A stretch of 63,975 nt of DNA, the filler included. It is 9 parts of 9 records of this genome, joined end to end, with 100 filler letters (N's around TTAATTAATTAA, not from the genome) between each part and the next. Parts side by side here need not be neighbours in the genome. Positions count along the whole stretch, not along the records: positions 58,659 to 63,975 come from SRR31156797_75500; 8 more parts are not named here. One strand, 5' to 3'. Below, in pieces: positions 60,659 through 63,975 of this stretch; position 1 is the stretch's first letter; every line of letters starts with the position of its first letter. Under the pieces are notes generated by a model. The model did no database searches. It saw only the letters and a program-made list of their open reading frames with translations, and had not been told where the DNA came from. Made by a program: the position numbers and the translations under genes.

Positions 60659-62653
60659 CTATACTTCAAGAGCCGCGTGATATGCCGCATGCACGGCGTC
60701 GTATGCTTTGCCGGGTTTTGAAGCATCGCCTACGACTATCACGTTGGGATGATTGTCCTTGACGGCCTCATATAAAGCATTGTCCGGCTTTGTCCCCAGG
60801 GCCAATATGATCGTGTCGGCCGGGATAGCAGCTTTATCATCGCCTTTTTCGACGCTCACCCCTTCAGAGGTTATTTCAAGGGCTTTGGTGTTGGCCATTA
60901 TTCTCACTCCGGCCCGGCCCAGATCCTGCCGGATAATCCAGCCCGTACTCTGGCCTATGTCGCTGCCGATGCGGCCGGTCATTTCTATAAGCGTGATATC
61001 CTTTATTCCTTTGTTGGCCAACTGACTCAAAACCTCGAAAGATTCGGCCTGGTTTCGGAAAAGAAAATGCAGTTCATCAGGCGTGAGCGTCCCGATGTCC
61101 GCCAGGTACAGGGCTGTTTCACAACCAACTGCTCCGCCTCCGCAAATGACGACTTTGTCTCCTATGTCGACCCGATCCGCCAATACATCCCATGCCTGGA
61201 CGACATTTGGCAGGTCTCCTCCGGGAAAAGGCGCTGGAAGAGGGGAGCCGCCGCAGGCAACTGCCACGACATCCGGCTTCTCTTTTTCAATCAACTCACT
61301 GGTAACTTCCTGCCCGTAAACAATATTTGTTCCCGCGGATTCAGCCAAAACCAGGAAGCGCTCAATCATGGTCATGAATTCAGAACGCTCCCTTAACGCC
61401 GCCGCCAAGGGGATCTGGCCTCCGGCCTTGCCTTCTTTTTCATAAACCGTGACTTTGTGGCCCCGGGCTGCTGCCGTGCGGGCAAAAGTTAAACCTGCCG
61501 GACCAGCCCCGGCCACTATTATGTTTTTAACCGAATCCGCCGGTTTTACTTCGACATGGCTTTCCTTGCCGGCCAGAGGATTAACCATGCACATTATTGG
61601 TTGAAGAAGAAAAACATGATCGAAACATCCCTGGTTGCAGCCGATGCAAAGGTTAATCTCTTCAGAACGGCCTTCTTTGGCCTTGTTCACCCATTCCGGA
61701 TCGGCGATCATTCCCCTGGCCACGCCTATAAGGTCCGCTCTACCCTGACGCAGAACCTTTTCAGCCAATTCCGGATTATTGATCCGGTTGCAGGCGATAA
61801 CAGGCAGGCTGGTCTTCTCCTTGATTCCCTGGGCCAGGTACACGTATCCGCCCCTGGGGAGATTCATGGGAATCTGGGGAACCCTTGTTTCATGCCACCC
61901 TCCAGTGACATTTATACAGTCAACGCCCCTTTTCTCCAAAGCCGATGCAAATTCAGCGGATTCGTTGTTCGTATTGGAGCCGGGCATAAAATCATTGCCG
62001 GCCAGGCGGGCCAGAACCGCCATGCCCGGTCCCGCGGCTTCGCGCACCGCGTCGGAAACTTCCAGGCCGAATCTCATTCTGTTTTCATATGAGCCGCCGT
62101 ATTCGTCCTCGCGGCAATTGGTAATCGGAGAAAGAAACTGGCTTATGAGGTATCCCGCTGAACCGAGTATTTCCACTGCATCGAATCCGGCTTCCTTCGC
62201 CCTTCTCGTTGCTGCCGCAAAATTATTGATAGTCTGTGAAATGTCCTCTTTGCTCATTTCCCTCGGCGTTTCACCCGTGAATTTCGACCTGACAGGAGAC
62301 GGAGCAACAGAGGGTTTGCCGCCGATCATGGCGGAAAATGCATATCTGCCGGAATGATACAGTTGCGCCGCGATGTGGGCGCCATGGCCGTGAACCGCAT
62401 CGGCCAGCCGATTTAATCCCTTTATATACTTGTCATCGTCCAGCATGACCATGCCCAGCATGCCGCTGACATCATCTATTGGACAGCCGCCCACAATGAC
62501 AAGACCTACGCCGCCGGCGGCGCGCGCGGAATAAAAATCAACTAGTTGATCCGTAACTTCACCTTCAGGTGTATAAGCCAGATGCATGGCGGGCATTACA
62601 ACCCTGTTTCTCAGAGTCAAGGGGCCTACCTGCAACGGAGTGAACAGCTTCAT
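60659..62653 (-). CDS. NADH:flavin oxidoreductase / 2,4-dienoyl-CoA reductase (FadH-like)
   Basis: OYE barrel (LRNRVVMPAMH, GYLISQFLSP.TN.R.DEYGG), 4Fe-4S motif CIGCNQGC..C, two Rossmann motifs. Confidence 0.92.
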   Translation of the reverse strand: MKLFTPLQVGPLTLRNRVVMPAMHLAYTPEGEVTDQLVDFYSARAAGGVGLVIVGGCPIDDVSGMLGMVMLDDDKYIKGLNRLADAVHGHGAHIAAQLYHSGRYAFSAMIGGKPSVAPSPVRSKFTGETPREMSKEDISQTINNFAAATRRAKEAGFDAVEILGSAGYLISQFLSPITNCREDEYGGSYENRMRFGLEVSDAVREAAGPGMAVLARLAGNDFMPGSNTNNESAEFASALEKRGVDCINVTGGWHETRVPQIPMNLPRGGYVYLAQGIKEKTSLPVIACNRINNPELAEKVLRQGRADLIGVARGMIADPEWVNKAKEGRSEEINLCIGCNQGCFDHVFLLQPIMCMVNPLAGKESHVEVKPADSVKNIIVAGAGPAGLTFARTAAARGHKVTVYEKEGKAGGQIPLAAALRERSEFMTMIERFLVLAESAGTNIVYGQEVTSELIEKEKPDVVAVACGGSPLPAPFPGGDLPNVVQAWDVLADRVDIGDKVVICGGGAVGCETALYLADIGTLTPDELHFLFRNQAESFEVLSQLANKGIKDITLIEMTGRIGSDIGQSTGWIIRQDLGRAGVRIMANTKALEITSEGVSVEKGDDKAAIPADTIILALGTKPDNALYEAVKDNHPNVIVVGDASKPGKAYDAVHAAYHAALEV

Positions 62654-63165
62654 GAAAATCCTCCTCTTTTATATTGTCCAGTTGGTGACATTAAAATGAT
62701 TTGCATGCTAACCAATATGAAGCTGAGTGGCAACTGTTTTTTAAATCTCGAAAAATCTATAACACAGTTGTGCTCATGATGGGCTATTGATTGAAAATTA
62801 ACAGTTATAATAGTATGATATGCAATAGAATGGATGATGCGTTTTTCAAGGGTAAATTTTAATGCCCAGTTATTTAAATTTAAAATCAGTAAGTAAGGCG
62901 AGCCAACCGAAACGCTGTATAGGCAATACAGTAATTGCTGGTTGACTCCTTATGCCCAATAATCGGAAAAATGATTTGTATACCAATCAAATTGTAAGCC
63001 GGAGGCTACTCTGAGAGGAATTTTTTTTATTATATATAGATGTATTGGACCGCGGACGCGCATCGGCCGATTTTTTCCGGCAATCATATAATGATCTAAT
63101 AAATCCTTAAATGTTAAATACATTTTATGCTAATATTACTTGGCTTCCGGAGGAGCAGGGTATTT

Positions 63166-63933
63166 ATGAGCCGAGCGGATGATCAAAAGAGAAAACTTGT
63201 TATGGTGAGAATACCAGCCGGAGTATTTTCAATGGGAAGCCGCCCCGGGCATGGAGATGTTGACGAATTTCCCTTACACGAAGTGTGGCTCGATGATTAC
63301 CTGATAGGCCGACACCTGGTAACGGCCTATGAATACGCTGTTTTTTTGAATTCTCTCAAAGGGGGGCATGAGGAATTCTTTGAGCCATCATCCGAGACGA
63401 CGATAACCTACTTGAATGATAAATTTTATCCCCGCCGTGAATGCTCAGACCACCCGGCCAATGGAGTAACCTGGCATGGTGCCGGAGCCTATTGCCTGTG
63501 GTTGTCTGAAAAAACCGGTAAAAAATTCAGGCTTCCCACCGAAGCCGAATGGGAAAAAGCGGCGCGCGGAGGTCTGGTCGACAAAAGATATCCCTGGGGC
63601 AACTTGAGCGCCCGGGGAATGGCCCAATTCGAGCAAACCTGGGTGAGCCCCAAGCTTACTCTCAGCCAGACCGGAGTTTATCAGGCCAACCCATTCGGCT
63701 TGTTCGATATGGTCGGTAATGTATGGGAATGGTGCTCGGATTGGTACGAAAGGGATTATTACAAGAACTCACCCGCGAAAAATCCTTCCGGTCCGGAAAA
63801 CGGGACAATGAAGGTCTTGCGGGGAGGTTCATGGCGGGCTCTTGACGTTCAGGTGCGTTGCGGCATAAGAGTCGGAGAATACCCCGACATATCTGAATCA
63901 AGCATTGGATTCAGGCTCTGCCGTTCGGTTTAA
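63166..63933 (+). CDS. FGE-sulfatase (SUMF1/EgtB/PvdO) domain protein
   Basis: FSMGS, P.HEV, RLPTEAEWEKAARGG, NPFGLFDMVGNVWEW, RGGSW and GFR motifs; start at MSRAD after GGAGG. Confidence 0.92.
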   Translation: MSRADDQKRKLVMVRIPAGVFSMGSRPGHGDVDEFPLHEVWLDDYLIGRHLVTAYEYAVFLNSLKGGHEEFFEPSSETTITYLNDKFYPRRECSDHPANGVTWHGAGAYCLWLSEKTGKKFRLPTEAEWEKAARGGLVDKRYPWGNLSARGMAQFEQTWVSPKLTLSQTGVYQANPFGLFDMVGNVWEWCSDWYERDYYKNSPAKNPSGPENGTMKVLRGGSWRALDVQVRCGIRVGEYPDISESSIGFRLCRSV

Positions 63934-63975
63934 AAATCGTTTCCAAATTATTCGGGTCATTTTCGGCGGAGCCGA

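Overview
This window is not one locus. It is nine unrelated contigs joined by 100-nt linkers (N44-TTAATTAATTAA-N44), so neighbourhoods are only meaningful within a contig, and host assignments are inferred from protein style and base composition. (1) 1-6845, Desulfovibrionaceae-like chromosome: tRNA-Arg(CCG), ubiX, MBL hydrolase, uvrC, porin, hisD, purC'. (2) 6946-13821, phage or satellite-like fragment: an HTH protein and small coiled-coil proteins directly followed by three or four podovirus-type ejection-like proteins, with no capsid, portal or tail genes in between. (3) 13922-25003, Bacteroidota glycan/peptide utilisation locus: two GH127/146-type enzymes, GH27, S9 peptidase, HExxH metallopeptidase, Crp/Fnr, CotH. 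(4) 25104-32225, Bacteroidota: glpD-glpF, an amidohydrolase/TIGR02594/repeat-protein cassette, a macrodomain protein and an APC permease. (5) 32326-39280, P1-like phage tail operon (sit-pmgA-bplA-16-fibres) running straight into the anti-restriction genes hdf-darA. (6) 39381-44944, Clostridia-like: scpBA, site-2 protease, DUF5050 lipoprotein, a frameshifted DUF3795 gene, spoIID. (7) 45045-50952, very AT-rich, Campylobacterota-like divergent type IV secretion/conjugation operon. (8) 51053-58558, Spirochaetales-like signalling genes and a patatin/beta-barrel protein. (9) 58659-63975, Desulfobacterota-like metabolic genes. The best candidates for new biology are contigs 2, 5 and 7, the possible extensin-degrading locus in contig 3, and the TIGR02594 cassette in contig 4. 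No CRISPR array, rRNA, transposase or reverse transcriptase was seen. All family assignments come from motif recognition and recall, not from database searches.
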